From: a virus | Taxonomy: Duplodnaviria > Caudoviricetes | IMG/VR virus record: IMGVR_UViG_3300025012_000917 | Coordinates: 1-59,309 of that record | Direction: 5' to 3' (one strand) | DNA: 59,309 nucleotides | Part shown: piece by piece, positions 27,474 to 37,601 of the stretch | Layout: every line of letters starts with the position of its first letter | Numbering within the stretch: the first letter of the stretch is position 1 | Made by a program: the position numbers and the translations under genes | Notes under the pieces: model-generated | The model's input: the letters and a program-made list of their open reading frames with translations, nothing else | What the model was told of the DNA's origin: nothing | The model's database searches: none

Positions 27474-28704
27474 TGGCTCCGGTAAAATTACAGTAGCGTT
27501 TGATAATTACGTCACAATATTTAGGGTCTAATTCCATTAATCTTGCTTCCCGGTTCATTTGTTCGCATGCAATTAATGTACTTCCAGATCCACCAAAAGC
27601 ATCTAAAACAATATCTCCTTCACGTGAGTTTTTACGTAATGCCCGATGTGCAAGTTGAACTGGTTTTTGGGTTGGATGGACATATTCGTTTCTTTTATCA
27701 CGAGCTTGAAACCAGACATCTGGAAGATCTGCAAACTCTTCTTTCCCTATAAAGAAACAATCGGTGTAGTTCGATAATCGTTTATTTGAATAATGAGGCT
27801 GTGATTTCTTCCATCCAAACATAATTGGCTCATAACATCTGTGGTAATCCACTCCCATAGAAAAGACCATCTGCTCTTTAAGCCAGATTAAAATCTGAGA
27901 CATATACCATCCTGAATTGATCCAAGCCAATCGATTGATCCAATTCATCTTATTTCCGAACCACCAATACAAACAAACATCTTCCAAAGAATATTCGTAA
28001 AGATTTTTTAAAATATCAATATAGAATTCAATCGCTTCTTCTTCTGTTTTATCATCATTTAAAATATCATTCGTCCCATAATTTCCTTTTGAATAGCTGT
28101 TTCCAGATGAGCTTTTATAATTAACGCTATATGGAGGATCCGTAAAAATTAACTTCGCTTTGCCCCCCCCCATGAGTAATTCATAATGTTCTTTCTTCGT
28201 CGAGTCGCCACATAAAAGACGATGCTTTCCGAGCATAAAAAGAATCCCCTGTTCTGTTCTTGATTTCTCAGGAGTTTCAGGCGTTGCATCCGTTTCTTCT
28301 TTTATTTTCTTTTTAGAATTATCAATTCCCGTATCGATCTCAAGATTAGAAAATCCCCAATTAGTCAATGAACTGATATCGAAATCTTTCTGTAAAATAT
28401 CCCAATCCCATTCTCCCTGAGCTTTATTAAGGCGGATGTTCAATTCCTTCTCGCGCACAAGATCCTGGATATCCACCCAGAAAACAGGAACGGTTTCCAT
28501 CCCCATTTTCTTTGCAACTTCAAACCTTTGGTTGCCACCCACAATTACGCCTTCGCGGCCGGGAGCTTTGTTACAAACTAATGGTTGGCAAAATCCAAAT
28601 TCAGTGATTGATTTCTTGATCTGCTCGAAATCTTGAGGAGTTATTTTACGTGGGTTATAAGTAGCATGTTGAAGTTTATCGATTGAAACCTGTTCGACTT
28701 CCAT
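27427..28704 (-). CDS. ParB-like N-domain fused to N6-adenine/N4-cytosine DNA methyltransferase
   Basis: YNPRKI...GGNQR (ParB); FTDPPY, HPTQKP, DAFGGSGST. Confidence 0.92.
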   Translation of the reverse strand: MEVEQVSIDKLQHATYNPRKITPQDFEQIKKSITEFGFCQPLVCNKAPGREGVIVGGNQRFEVAKKMGMETVPVFWVDIQDLVREKELNIRLNKAQGEWDWDILQKDFDISSLTNWGFSNLEIDTGIDNSKKKIKEETDATPETPEKSRTEQGILFMLGKHRLLCGDSTKKEHYELLMGGGKAKLIFTDPPYSVNYKSSSGNSYSKGNYGTNDILNDDKTEEEAIEFYIDILKNLYEYSLEDVCLYWWFGNKMNWINRLAWINSGWYMSQILIWLKEQMVFSMGVDYHRCYEPIMFGWKKSQPHYSNKRLSNYTDCFFIGKEEFADLPDVWFQARDKRNEYVHPTQKPVQLAHRALRKNSREGDIVLDAFGGSGSTLIACEQMNREARLMELDPKYCDVIIKRYCNFTGANEDDIYRTASQSAAV

Positions 28705-28886
28705 TATTTTTTTCTCCCGAACTTCATCCATATTGCAAATACCAAGAGTGCAATGATTAAAATCACAGAGCCAGTATTCCCGAACGTTCCGACAATCAGA
28801 TCAAACGACTTATCCGCCCATCCGCGCTGGGGCGGATAGGGAATATTCGGATAAGTCATCTGAATAGGCCCACCAAAAAAAATCAT
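28704..28886 (-). CDS. small membrane protein
   Basis: C-terminal TM helix. Confidence 0.5.
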   Translation of the reverse strand: MIFFGGPIQMTYPNIPYPPQRGWADKSFDLIVGTFGNTGSVILIIALLVFAIWMKFGRKK

Positions 28887-29380
28887 AAAATAAAAGGAAC
28901 CATCGCGACGCTCGAGATGATGATATTTCCATCCTCAAGGATCGTCGCCCAATTGCCAATCTGTTGAGAGTACTTGGAAAAAGGGTTTCTCACCCCGAAG
29001 TAAACGGTTGCAGAAACGGCAGAGATAAGCTGAAAAACACCAAGCCAAGGGTGATGCCCCGCTATCCCTGCCAATAGCCCACAGAGCCCAAGGGAACCTC
29101 CGTAGACAGCACGTAATGCGATCTTCTTGGCTACTGACCCATCATTCACCCCGTACTTGAAGATCACAAGGGACGGGATGTACCAGCCCCCTGCCAAAAC
29201 AGAAAGGATCCCGAAGTTATGATGAAGGTAAGAAATCAAAATGATCCCGGCTCCAAACACTCCGGGACCAAGATATCTACGGATCCACTTTCCATATCCT
29301 TGTCCGCCAAGGCAATATGTCACACAAAAGAAAACGACTAAGACAAAACCTAGAACGGCGATCGCCATCTCTTGAATCAA
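28883..29380 (-). CDS. multi-pass membrane protein
   Basis: Several hydrophobic segments; LGGQGYGKWIRRY motif. Confidence 0.7.
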   Translation of the reverse strand: MIQEMAIAVLGFVLVVFFCVTYCLGGQGYGKWIRRYLGPGVFGAGIILISYLHHNFGILSVLAGGWYIPSLVIFKYGVNDGSVAKKIALRAVYGGSLGLCGLLAGIAGHHPWLGVFQLISAVSATVYFGVRNPFSKYSQQIGNWATILEDGNIIISSVAMVPFIL

Positions 29381-31326
29381 TGAAAACTCTCCTGCGGTTT
29401 AGCCTTCGCTTTTTCTTTGAGTTGTTCCGAACTATCCACCGAACTTATCCGCTCAGTATCCTCAGATTCAATTGCGATCTTACGCTGCAGTTCGCGGACG
29501 TCCACGCGCCCGCGTGAGAAATCGTAATCCGACATATCAGTTTTTGCTTTGCGCTTGATAATGGCTCCAACAGAATCAACATCATATTCACCCATCGCAT
29601 CGAGCGTTTCAAGAATGGACTTACAATCTCTTATATCGATATGATCTTCTTCGATGATTAATCCAGGTAAGCGGCCGGCAAGATCCATAAGGATATCTTG
29701 AAAGAACGTCCTTAGAATCCACTCCTGACAATCCATGATCACATGCGAATAATAATTCTTTTCCTTGTGACCAGTTCCCTTATCCGATTCGTATTTCCAC
29801 TTCTTGAAACGCGGGAAATACTTCTCAAATTTCTCGAAGATCTCAAGCGAGTCTTCACGGACTGGAAGCCAAGCTGTTCCTTTTTTGATCGTTTCGCGCG
29901 AGCCTTCGATCGGAATTACTTTATATCGTGTAGGAACATCCGCTTCGAAGAAGATCGTTCCGTGAAGGGGCATGAGGTAAGGCTCAATAGAGAGTCCCAC
30001 TCCCATCTTCGCCATGCGCCTGAATCCATTAATGTCCACGACCATATCTTCAGGACGTTCATAGGGCGTATGGATAAGAAGTGTGTAATAGGGTTTGATT
30101 CCATGTCTTAATATTTGCTCCGTCACTTTCCAGATACGCTCCGGCGTCTGGGGTTTGTTCATGCTATTTAGTTTCCACTGGCTTACCGACTCCACGCCAA
30201 TTGAAAGTACACGAAATCCCGCGCGCGCACATCGTTCAATTGCCTGTTCGTCAAGACGATTTATATTGGTAAGACAGATGAATCCAAGTTCCTTTTTTAT
30301 CTCGCCTTTTTCTTTTGCTTCAATCATTGCTTCAGTGAATCCGCGTTCCCATTGTGGTGTCAAAAGGTAGTCATCATCGCAGAAGAATATCTGATGTGTA
30401 TCTGGATATTTTTCCAAAACCCGTTTTATAATTTTTATCGTATCATTACCAGCGAGGCCCACGGCCTTAGTAGGCTTTCCAGTTGCTGCGCGTTGCAATC
30501 CAGTGAGCGTGCAGTACGCACAGTTAACGGGGCAGAAATTGTGCATGAAAAGACGAAACGTGTTGATGTCTTGGAACTGCGGGTTGTCATAGAGGCACGC
30601 AGTTTTTTTCCAATAAAGGTCTTGGTGCATGGCTTGAAAGTCGAGCTCATAGATCCAGTCCGTCCATTCCTCTCCCGTCACCGGCTTGGCGTGCCGGCGC
30701 AAGACAATACCCGTCGCTTCATTTGGGCTGAAAAGGGAGATTTGTTTTTCGTTAGCAATATTTAAAAGAGCGAACGGATCCTGCCCTAGGATCACCATGT
30801 CAAGATCGATTGCCTTATCGAAAAGAGTTTGATAATTAAGCGTTGCTTGTGATCCACCGCCTACAAGCAATGCCTGAGGCGCTAAAGCCCCAGCTGCATT
30901 TATTTTTGAGATGTCGTATTCGATGGTGGCGTCTAGGATCGAGAATCCGATAATGTCCCAGGGTCTCCAAACAATATGATCATCATCAATTTTCATTCCC
31001 ATAATCGTAAAAAGTTGAAGCAAATCAGTGTAAGGGTTCCATCCAGATTCATCATTAAATCCAGGCATCCCTTTCTCGAATATCTTTTCAAGGCTCACGT
31101 GCGGATATTCAGAATCGTCCGCAATCTCTCCCGGCTGAAGATTCATGTCATATGTGGCGGCATGATGCCCGTGTACGTTAAGCCTGGATGCCCACCAGTG
31201 ACTTCCCTGATGCGCCGTTACCCACCGACTATCAAATATCGATTCCTTGGTGTTTGGACCAACGAGCAAAACATTTTTAGGACGAATGCCTTCAGGTCGT
31301 TCGTATTTTTCGATGAGCTTGTTCAT
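29377..31326 (-). CDS. B12-binding-domain radical SAM protein (class B methyltransferase-like)
   Basis: LVGGGSQAT; CPVNCAYC; FFCDDDY; SIGVES...MNK; start moved to MNKLIEK. Confidence 0.85.
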   Translation of the reverse strand: MNKLIEKYERPEGIRPKNVLLVGPNTKESIFDSRWVTAHQGSHWWASRLNVHGHHAATYDMNLQPGEIADDSEYPHVSLEKIFEKGMPGFNDESGWNPYTDLLQLFTIMGMKIDDDHIVWRPWDIIGFSILDATIEYDISKINAAGALAPQALLVGGGSQATLNYQTLFDKAIDLDMVILGQDPFALLNIANEKQISLFSPNEATGIVLRRHAKPVTGEEWTDWIYELDFQAMHQDLYWKKTACLYDNPQFQDINTFRLFMHNFCPVNCAYCTLTGLQRAATGKPTKAVGLAGNDTIKIIKRVLEKYPDTHQIFFCDDDYLLTPQWERGFTEAMIEAKEKGEIKKELGFICLTNINRLDEQAIERCARAGFRVLSIGVESVSQWKLNSMNKPQTPERIWKVTEQILRHGIKPYYTLLIHTPYERPEDMVVDINGFRRMAKMGVGLSIEPYLMPLHGTIFFEADVPTRYKVIPIEGSRETIKKGTAWLPVREDSLEIFEKFEKYFPRFKKWKYESDKGTGHKEKNYYSHVIMDCQEWILRTFFQDILMDLAGRLPGLIIEEDHIDIRDCKSILETLDAMGEYDVDSVGAIIKRKAKTDMSDYDFSRGRVDVRELQRKIAIESEDTERISSVDSSEQLKEKAKAKPQESFH

Positions 31327-31993
31327 ATTCTTCGACCCCCCTTCCGATGTCATACGCTTCGACATGGGATATAACCGCCATCCTACCACAAAGCCTTGGG
31401 AAAACGTCGCGCGCTAGATCTTTATCTTCGATACGAATCTGGTTAATAAAATCTTTCCGGCAAAACATCATGCCTGCCCATGCTACCAACCCATTAGATG
31501 ATTTTTCCGAGAATCGAATGATCGTCCCAATATTATCAAGCTCCATCCCACCCGCTGATTTATCTTCCGGGTTGTTGAAGCTTACGAGCCCTGCAATTGG
31601 ATTGTCAGGATTATCCTTCCAATTTCTGGCCATATCTTTTAGGGATCCGAAAAAATGATCGGAATATGTATCGGTGTATCCAACCATAAAATCTTCTGCC
31701 GTGTCTGCGTGCCAGAAAAGTGTTCCTGCTGTTCCAAGCAATGCTGACCGTTCGTCAATGATCTCAACTTTTCGTTTGGTGCCCTTGCAATATCTTCCGA
31801 TCCATCGATCTATTTCGTCCGCGCAATGGTGGACGTTGACATAAACTTTATCGAACTCTTGCGATGCAAAAACAGCGTTCAGCCAATGTTCAAGCATCGG
31901 CGTCCCATGAATCTTTAGTAAACATTTTGGATATTTTTCCGTGATCGGACGAAGCCTTGTTGCGTAACCTGCAGCTAAAAGATAAGCATTCAT
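31292..31993 (-). CDS. hddC: sugar-1-phosphate nucleotidyltransferase (HddC-like)
   Basis: LLAAGYATRLRPIT...PKCLL...LLGTAG; clustered with hddA and gmhA. Confidence 0.75.
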   Translation of the reverse strand: MNAYLLAAGYATRLRPITEKYPKCLLKIHGTPMLEHWLNAVFASQEFDKVYVNVHHCADEIDRWIGRYCKGTKRKVEIIDERSALLGTAGTLFWHADTAEDFMVGYTDTYSDHFFGSLKDMARNWKDNPDNPIAGLVSFNNPEDKSAGGMELDNIGTIIRFSEKSSNGLVAWAGMMFCRKDFINQIRIEDKDLARDVFPRLCGRMAVISHVEAYDIGRGVEEYEQAHRKIRTT

Positions 31994-33030
31994 GTTGACA
32001 CTTCCTGTTGAACGGATACCCTTGCTTTCCGTTCGTTCTTGATCTGAATCGCGTCTTGAACGGCCGAACTGAATCTTCGAATGGTATTTCCAGCATCATA
32101 GAACGGAAGCTCGTTCATGGCATGTTTCACAACTTCGCCATAGAATTTTTCATCTTCATATTTATACAAAAGCCTATTAGCTAATTCTTGCATACTTCCG
32201 ACATCATAAATATTCACCCCGAGATCCGGCCAAAGTCTTTGTTGCGTATGGCTGTCCCGGTTTCCGATGCATGGCGTTCCTACGCACGCACAGGAGATCT
32301 GATGACGAGCCGTTCCAATCCATTCTGTGGGATAGAAATTAATAATCGATCTCCCGAGGATCCTCAAGAAAGGATACTGTCCGAGCTTCGAGATGTGCTG
32401 AACTTTAAGGTTGGGAAATATCTTTGAGAAATCATTATTCCGAAGATCGAACCCAATCACGTCCATCTTTAATTGATTAGCACAAGACAATGCGATCATG
32501 GGATGATTCGGATTATTGTCCCCATAAACCACCGTCATGTTCTGATTTTTCATATATTTAGGGGTATAGAAAACAGATCCGGACATTTCAAGACTCATCG
32601 GAACATGAATAAATCTTACAACCGTTTCGCGCGAGACAAACGATCTGTAATATTCAACCTTATCCTCTTCCGCAATAGATACGATATCGCACGCTGCCCA
32701 CGCCTCGTAATATTCCGTATGGAATCCATTGATCGAATTGTCGTAAAGCTGTGCGGATCCTTCCGGATAAAACATACTGATCGTATTGGAATCTTTAAGA
32801 AAATTTGCGATTCTGATAATATCGGCGATGAAATTAAGATGCCCGGACATCATCACCACATCAAAATCTTTCAGGTAAGAATTTTCTTCTTCACGAAGCG
32901 CATCAAACGAAAGATGAACGCCATCCCATATCGAAACCCATTGCAAGAAACTCGTCACATCGTCTCTTTCTCCGTTCATATTGAATTTAACTTTATGAGA
33001 CTTGTCAGCAGTGATAAGAGCGAATTTCAT
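31990..33030 (-). CDS. putative glycosyltransferase (GT-B-like)
   Basis: EWIGTARHQISCACVGTPCIG resembles the GT-B C-terminal motif; start moved to MKFALI. Confidence 0.6.
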   Translation of the reverse strand: MKFALITADKSHKVKFNMNGERDDVTSFLQWVSIWDGVHLSFDALREEENSYLKDFDVVMMSGHLNFIADIIRIANFLKDSNTISMFYPEGSAQLYDNSINGFHTEYYEAWAACDIVSIAEEDKVEYYRSFVSRETVVRFIHVPMSLEMSGSVFYTPKYMKNQNMTVVYGDNNPNHPMIALSCANQLKMDVIGFDLRNNDFSKIFPNLKVQHISKLGQYPFLRILGRSIINFYPTEWIGTARHQISCACVGTPCIGNRDSHTQQRLWPDLGVNIYDVGSMQELANRLLYKYEDEKFYGEVVKHAMNELPFYDAGNTIRRFSSAVQDAIQIKNERKARVSVQQEVST

Positions 33031-33257
33031 ATACTCACTTGGTCCACAACCTGATCTTTTGGAATAAATTGATAGCGTGTGGTATCGAGCGTTACAGGAA
33101 CCGTTTCGGTATTCGTTACCGGATAGCAAAGAAATGATCCGCCATGATCTTCTGCAATCTTCAAAACCTCGATATTCATTCCTCGGCTATCTACGCCATG
33201 CCGGCCGCGTGGATTACGAATATAATTGCCAAGACCAACGGAGCTTATTTTAGGCAT
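33027..33257 (-). CDS. hypothetical protein
   Basis: 76 aa coupled ORF inside island. Confidence 0.55.
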   Translation of the reverse strand: MPKISSVGLGNYIRNPRGRHGVDSRGMNIEVLKIAEDHGGSFLCYPVTNTETVPVTLDTTRYQFIPKDQVVDQVSI

Positions 33258-34062
33258 TAGGAATTCCTTTTGTCATCTGCTCCCAATCTATTTGTTTCCA
33301 ATTATTCAGCCATTGATCAAGATTAATTCTTGGATAATCTTTAAAATCCCACCATCTCCACCACATTTCTTCTGCAGGATGAACCTCTCTACTTCCATCT
33401 CCATTTTTAGCTTCACTCTCTGAAATAACACGCCTGTAAGAATCGCAAAAAGTTTTGTAAGGCTCGATCTTTGTTTCTCGATATTTCCATAGAAGATGTT
33501 TCATCTCGGCGTACGTTCTTACCCCGTCAAAATTCTGGGCAACGTCCGTCTTGCGGTGTTCCATGAAATAATCTTCCGGAAGATAACAAGGCCGGAACCG
33601 GCCGTGAAGTTCCGCATGCACGAGTTCGGTATAGAAGATTCCTTTACCACGACGGTGTAATCGGTTCTGATAGTTTGGACTTTCGTTCGTGCCATGCGGC
33701 ATGAGTCGTGTCCCATCCCGATATTCATGGCGCATCACGGCATAAGCATCATAATTTTCGCTTGCGGCTAAATCGTGCATCTCTTTTAAAAATTTTTCAC
33801 TGAACCGCTCATCTGGATAAAACCAAAGAAGCCAGTCTCCTTTTGCATAATGAGATAAAAATTCCTTGTATTGATCCCCGCAGATAAGATGTGGTTTCCT
33901 GAAAATATCTTTGGTGAATTCATAAGCAATCTCAAGAGTTCCATCATTAGAATCCATATCAACAATGAGGATTTGATCAACGTATGGGGTGATGTTCTCA
34001 AGGCATGCCCTTAGATTTTCTGATTCGTTATAGATGAATGAAACCGCTGAAATCGTTGGCAT
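33250..34062 (-). CDS. glycosyltransferase family 2 (WaaE/KdtX-like)
   Basis: YNESENLRACL...IVDMDSNDGT...WFYPDER...VHAE. Confidence 0.88.
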   Translation of the reverse strand: MPTISAVSFIYNESENLRACLENITPYVDQILIVDMDSNDGTLEIAYEFTKDIFRKPHLICGDQYKEFLSHYAKGDWLLWFYPDERFSEKFLKEMHDLAASENYDAYAVMRHEYRDGTRLMPHGTNESPNYQNRLHRRGKGIFYTELVHAELHGRFRPCYLPEDYFMEHRKTDVAQNFDGVRTYAEMKHLLWKYRETKIEPYKTFCDSYRRVISESEAKNGDGSREVHPAEEMWWRWWDFKDYPRINLDQWLNNWKQIDWEQMTKGIPNA

Positions 34063-34596
34063 TTAACCCTCCATGAGTGATTTGATAAGAATATCCGAAA
34101 TAAAACAAAACGCCGTCTCGCAAACTTGGTAATCATTGCTTTTGATATGGACACTAACTTGCGATTTAGTTTTTAAGAACCCGCCATCCGTTCCGACAAT
34201 CGAAATTACAGGATTCTTCATATCAGGGAACCCGCTTACAAATTCGATGAAGTTCCGGGACTTTCCGCTGCAACTAAATATCAAAATAGGATCCCCTTCG
34301 TCGATCAATTTCTTTACCGGATTGAAATAACTATATTCGAATCCGTCATCATTGGCATGCGCCGTAATCATCGAAGGGCAATTGATCGTATGCGCCCGCA
34401 AACCCGTCATCTTAACAAGGTCTTGAGCGAAATGTTGCGCGATGGCAAGCGATCCACCATTTCCAAGAATCCAAATCCTGCGGTTCGATCTTTTAACAGC
34501 ATCGAGAATAACGAACACTTTTTCGATATCATCATCGATATCGACCATCGCAGATTTCACTTCCTTAAAATAATTTTTAACCCTGACGGACAGCAT
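34063..34596 (-). CDS. gmhA: phosphoheptose isomerase (SIS domain)
   Basis: GNGGSLAIAQHFAQD...TAHAND...SCSGKSRN; start moved to MLSVRV. Confidence 0.85.
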   Translation of the reverse strand: MLSVRVKNYFKEVKSAMVDIDDDIEKVFVILDAVKRSNRRIWILGNGGSLAIAQHFAQDLVKMTGLRAHTINCPSMITAHANDDGFEYSYFNPVKKLIDEGDPILIFSCSGKSRNFIEFVSGFPDMKNPVISIVGTDGGFLKTKSQVSVHIKSNDYQVCETAFCFISDILIKSLMEG

Positions 34597-35650
34597 GCTC
34601 TTCTTTTTCCTCAAAAATACATTCCGCACCTTTTTGGTCAAATTTAAAATGAAGTTCGTGAAGATCATTCAAAGCCTCCCTTACAAGTCCCTGCATTGAT
34701 GGTGGTGTCATGAGATAGAGGAACCCGCCGCCTCCGGCTCCGCATACCTTTGCGGCTGTCGCTCCTGCCGCATAGGCTTTCTCAACATATTTGTCGATAA
34801 TCTCATTCGAGATATCCCGATGCACCGTTCTCTTAAGCCGCCAGTTTTCGTTCACATGATCCATAAACCGCTCAATCACGGCATACTCCATGTGCTCCCA
34901 CATGCGCAAAGCATTGTCGCGCTGCAGGGTATGAATCTTATTCTTTTCAGGAATCTCGCTCAATTGGTCATAGAGAATGGTTGGCGCAAACATTTTGTCC
35001 GGAAGATCTTTTCCAGCCCGACTATCAAAATATGTATGCTCAATGTTCAAATAAAAAAGCATCGATTGCCCTTCTAACTCATCGATAAACTCATCACGCG
35101 GATAAGGATCCACATTCACCGTTCCGTTAGAATTAAAAACCAGTCTATTAAAACCACCCGCTGCCGAAGCGTATTGATCCTGCTTTCCGATTGGGGATCC
35201 GCATTTCTCGATCTCAATTTCAGAAGCTGTCTCCGCTAAATACCGTTTTCCCATAACCGAATTGAAGCTGGCAATTACCGAATCGCTTTTTCCTGTCATC
35301 TTCTCAAGCGCCAAACAAAGGGCCACAATCATCGCTGAACTCGCACCAAGCCCGGACCCTTTTGCCGGGACGTCACTTGAGATGACAAGCTCAATATTAT
35401 CCTCAATCCCGTAATGCAGAAGCGTATTCCGGATAAGCACGTGATTCAGATCTTTAACTTTTTCTTTCATCTCATGCTGACGGTATCTGACTGAAACTTT
35501 CTTATCAAATTTCCTACAAGCTGAAACATAGACATGTTTATTGATAGATGTAGAAACTACAATCCCGGGACCATAACTTTTGTAAAATGCTGGAATATCG
35601 GTTCCGCCGCCGGCAAAAGAAATGCGTAATGGGCTTCTTGTAATAATCAT
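34577..35650 (-). CDS. hddA: D-glycero-D-manno-heptose 7-phosphate kinase (GHMP family)
   Basis: PLRISFAGGGTD, GSGLGASS, GKQDQY, KVCGAGGGG. Confidence 0.9.
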   Translation of the reverse strand: MIITRSPLRISFAGGGTDIPAFYKSYGPGIVVSTSINKHVYVSACRKFDKKVSVRYRQHEMKEKVKDLNHVLIRNTLLHYGIEDNIELVISSDVPAKGSGLGASSAMIVALCLALEKMTGKSDSVIASFNSVMGKRYLAETASEIEIEKCGSPIGKQDQYASAAGGFNRLVFNSNGTVNVDPYPRDEFIDELEGQSMLFYLNIEHTYFDSRAGKDLPDKMFAPTILYDQLSEIPEKNKIHTLQRDNALRMWEHMEYAVIERFMDHVNENWRLKRTVHRDISNEIIDKYVEKAYAAGATAAKVCGAGGGGFLYLMTPPSMQGLVREALNDLHELHFKFDQKGAECIFEEKEEHAVRQG

Positions 35651-36297
35651 TTTTTAAACACCAGAAGCATATCGCCACCTTCAACCATTTCTATTTTTTG
35701 GGTCATGATCGGCTTTTTAATTTTCGAAAAATAAGCAAGCCACTCCATATACTCCATGAATCTTTCATTGTTTCTATTAAACTTCTCAGCCTTGATATAA
35801 TCTAAACAGTTCTGAAATTCTAACGGAACTGCGATCATCACAAACCCGCCGGGCTTCGTCACAAAAATCATATTCTTAAGAGACATAAGAGGATCCATGG
35901 AATGCTCAATACTCCCCCAAGAAGTCACAACTTCAAAATAGTTCATCCAATAGTCCGGAAGATAATCCATGCTTATCATCTGAATATTTATTTTATACTC
36001 ATAATTTTTGAATCTTTCCTCGGCGAGATCACAAGCTTTTCCACTCAAATCAATTCCATATAAAGCCGGGCTTGAGAATTTATAACGAGCGATCACTTTT
36101 TCAAGGAACTCACCATGCCCGCATCCGCAGTCAAGCCATGCGTCCGTAGGCCGTGGTCTTCCAAAGAGATCCTCTATTGATTTAAAGAAAAATCTCCAGT
36201 CATATCCCGTAAACGCTTCTCTACCATGTGATTCATATTTAAGATCATAAAAATTCTGGGTATCAATCACATCATTTGCTTTTAGCCATTCTTTCAT
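35647..36297 (-). CDS. class I SAM-dependent methyltransferase
   Basis: LDCGCGHG...GIDLS...SIEH...KPGG. Confidence 0.88.
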   Translation of the reverse strand: MKEWLKANDVIDTQNFYDLKYESHGREAFTGYDWRFFFKSIEDLFGRPRPTDAWLDCGCGHGEFLEKVIARYKFSSPALYGIDLSGKACDLAEERFKNYEYKINIQMISMDYLPDYWMNYFEVVTSWGSIEHSMDPLMSLKNMIFVTKPGGFVMIAVPLEFQNCLDYIKAEKFNRNNERFMEYMEWLAYFSKIKKPIMTQKIEMVEGGDMLLVFKK

Positions 36298-36806
36298 TTC
36301 TTACATTCCCATATTAGATGATTTTCTTCCGGATCCCGCCATTGCCGTCCAATTAGTTTCACTTCTGAAAAATTCCAGTTTGGTTTCAAGAGAAACTCCT
36401 TTAGTCTTCGTTCGTTCCATCCGAATTTATGGAACATTCCGGGTCCGTCCTGTCCTCCGAAGATGGCTTTAAGAACCCAATCTTCGTTGCGTTCTCCGGT
36501 GAGCAGTTCGGGGCGGGTGTATCTTTCCACAAACCAGTCAAAATCTGGAACGTCAAACCGGAATACGCCACCGGGCTCGAGGACGCGGACGACTTCAAGC
36601 ATGACTTCCTGAACTTCATAAAATCCAAAATGTTCGAACACGCCGAACATAAGCACATTTGAACAAGAAAGACTAGGAACAGAGAGGCGATGAGCGTCGC
36701 ATACAAAATCCAGAAGATCCCGTTGAGAGCGATCGTAATAGCGGTCACAATGCCGATACCCAGGATGAGGATTGCTTCCGCTGCCGATTTCAAGATTGAT
36801 TCCCAC
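36294..36806 (-). CDS. SAM-dependent methyltransferase (type 11)
   Basis: LEIGSG...VFEHF...RVLEPGG...VPD. Confidence 0.85.
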   Translation of the reverse strand: MGINLEIGSGSNPHPGYRHCDRYYDRSQRDLLDFVCDAHRLSVPSLSCSNVLMFGVFEHFGFYEVQEVMLEVVRVLEPGGVFRFDVPDFDWFVERYTRPELLTGERNEDWVLKAIFGGQDGPGMFHKFGWNERRLKEFLLKPNWNFSEVKLIGRQWRDPEENHLIWECKK

Positions 36807-36996
36807 ATTTAAACTCTGATAAGCCGTAAGTTAAAGGATTTAATTTTATTGTATGGCACGAATAAGTTCCTTGGTATGGATGCCCGACAATAGCTCTATA
36901 TTTACTTTTCATACGAAAAAATTTAATTTTATCTCCAACCTTATATTCAGTTTCACAACACAATGTTTTCTTATCATTTTTTAAAATGATATCCAC
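36790..36996 (-). CDS. hypothetical protein (AT-rich)
   Basis: 68 aa between methyltransferases. Confidence 0.45.
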   Translation of the reverse strand: MDIILKNDKKTLCCETEYKVGDKIKFFRMKSKYRAIVGHPYQGTYSCHTIKLNPLTYGLSEFKCGNQS

Positions 36997-37601
36997 TACT
37001 TAACCGCCTCCAAATAGTAACTCATTACCGGCCTGTTATCGAGCGTATGTTCATAGTCCCCGAAGAACTGTGGAAACTCAGTGTTGCAATATCGCATCTC
37101 CGTAACTTTCGAGAATCCCGCGCGCACGAGGAACATCTGCACCATGTCGATTGAAGGCGCAAGGAGATGATCATAATGATCAGTGAAGAACATGTCAGAA
37201 TATGCGATTGCCGGATTATCATCATATCCATATAACTTTCGATTTTCAGGCCCATAACAATCATTGATAAAATTCTTGTTCTTAGCTTGCCAGTTCGCAA
37301 AGAAGATACGCGGATCCGGGCATATGATTCGCATCGGCGCTCCGGGCTTTAATACCCGTAATGCTTCCTCGTAGACCTTCCGCTGTTTGATGTGCTCGAT
37401 ATGCTCGAGGATATGGGAAGCAAAAATGCAATCAGCCACTTCACTCGGAAAAGGCCACGTTCCGGTAATATCGAACTTATGGTAAACGGAAGGACCTCTC
37501 CATTCCTCTGTCCCAGGCGTATAGGCATCATCGACACATTCCCATCCGTTTCCTTCAAATGGAGATCCTCCGACCTGACCAGAGCCAATGTTTAACTTCA
37601 T
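36996..37601 (-). CDS. SAM-dependent methyltransferase (type 11)
   Basis: KLNIGSG...SHILEH...RVLKPG...CPD. Confidence 0.87.
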   Translation of the reverse strand: MKLNIGSGQVGGSPFEGNGWECVDDAYTPGTEEWRGPSVYHKFDITGTWPFPSEVADCIFASHILEHIEHIKQRKVYEEALRVLKPGAPMRIICPDPRIFFANWQAKNKNFINDCYGPENRKLYGYDDNPAIAYSDMFFTDHYDHLLAPSIDMVQMFLVRAGFSKVTEMRYCNTEFPQFFGDYEHTLDNRPVMSYYLEAVK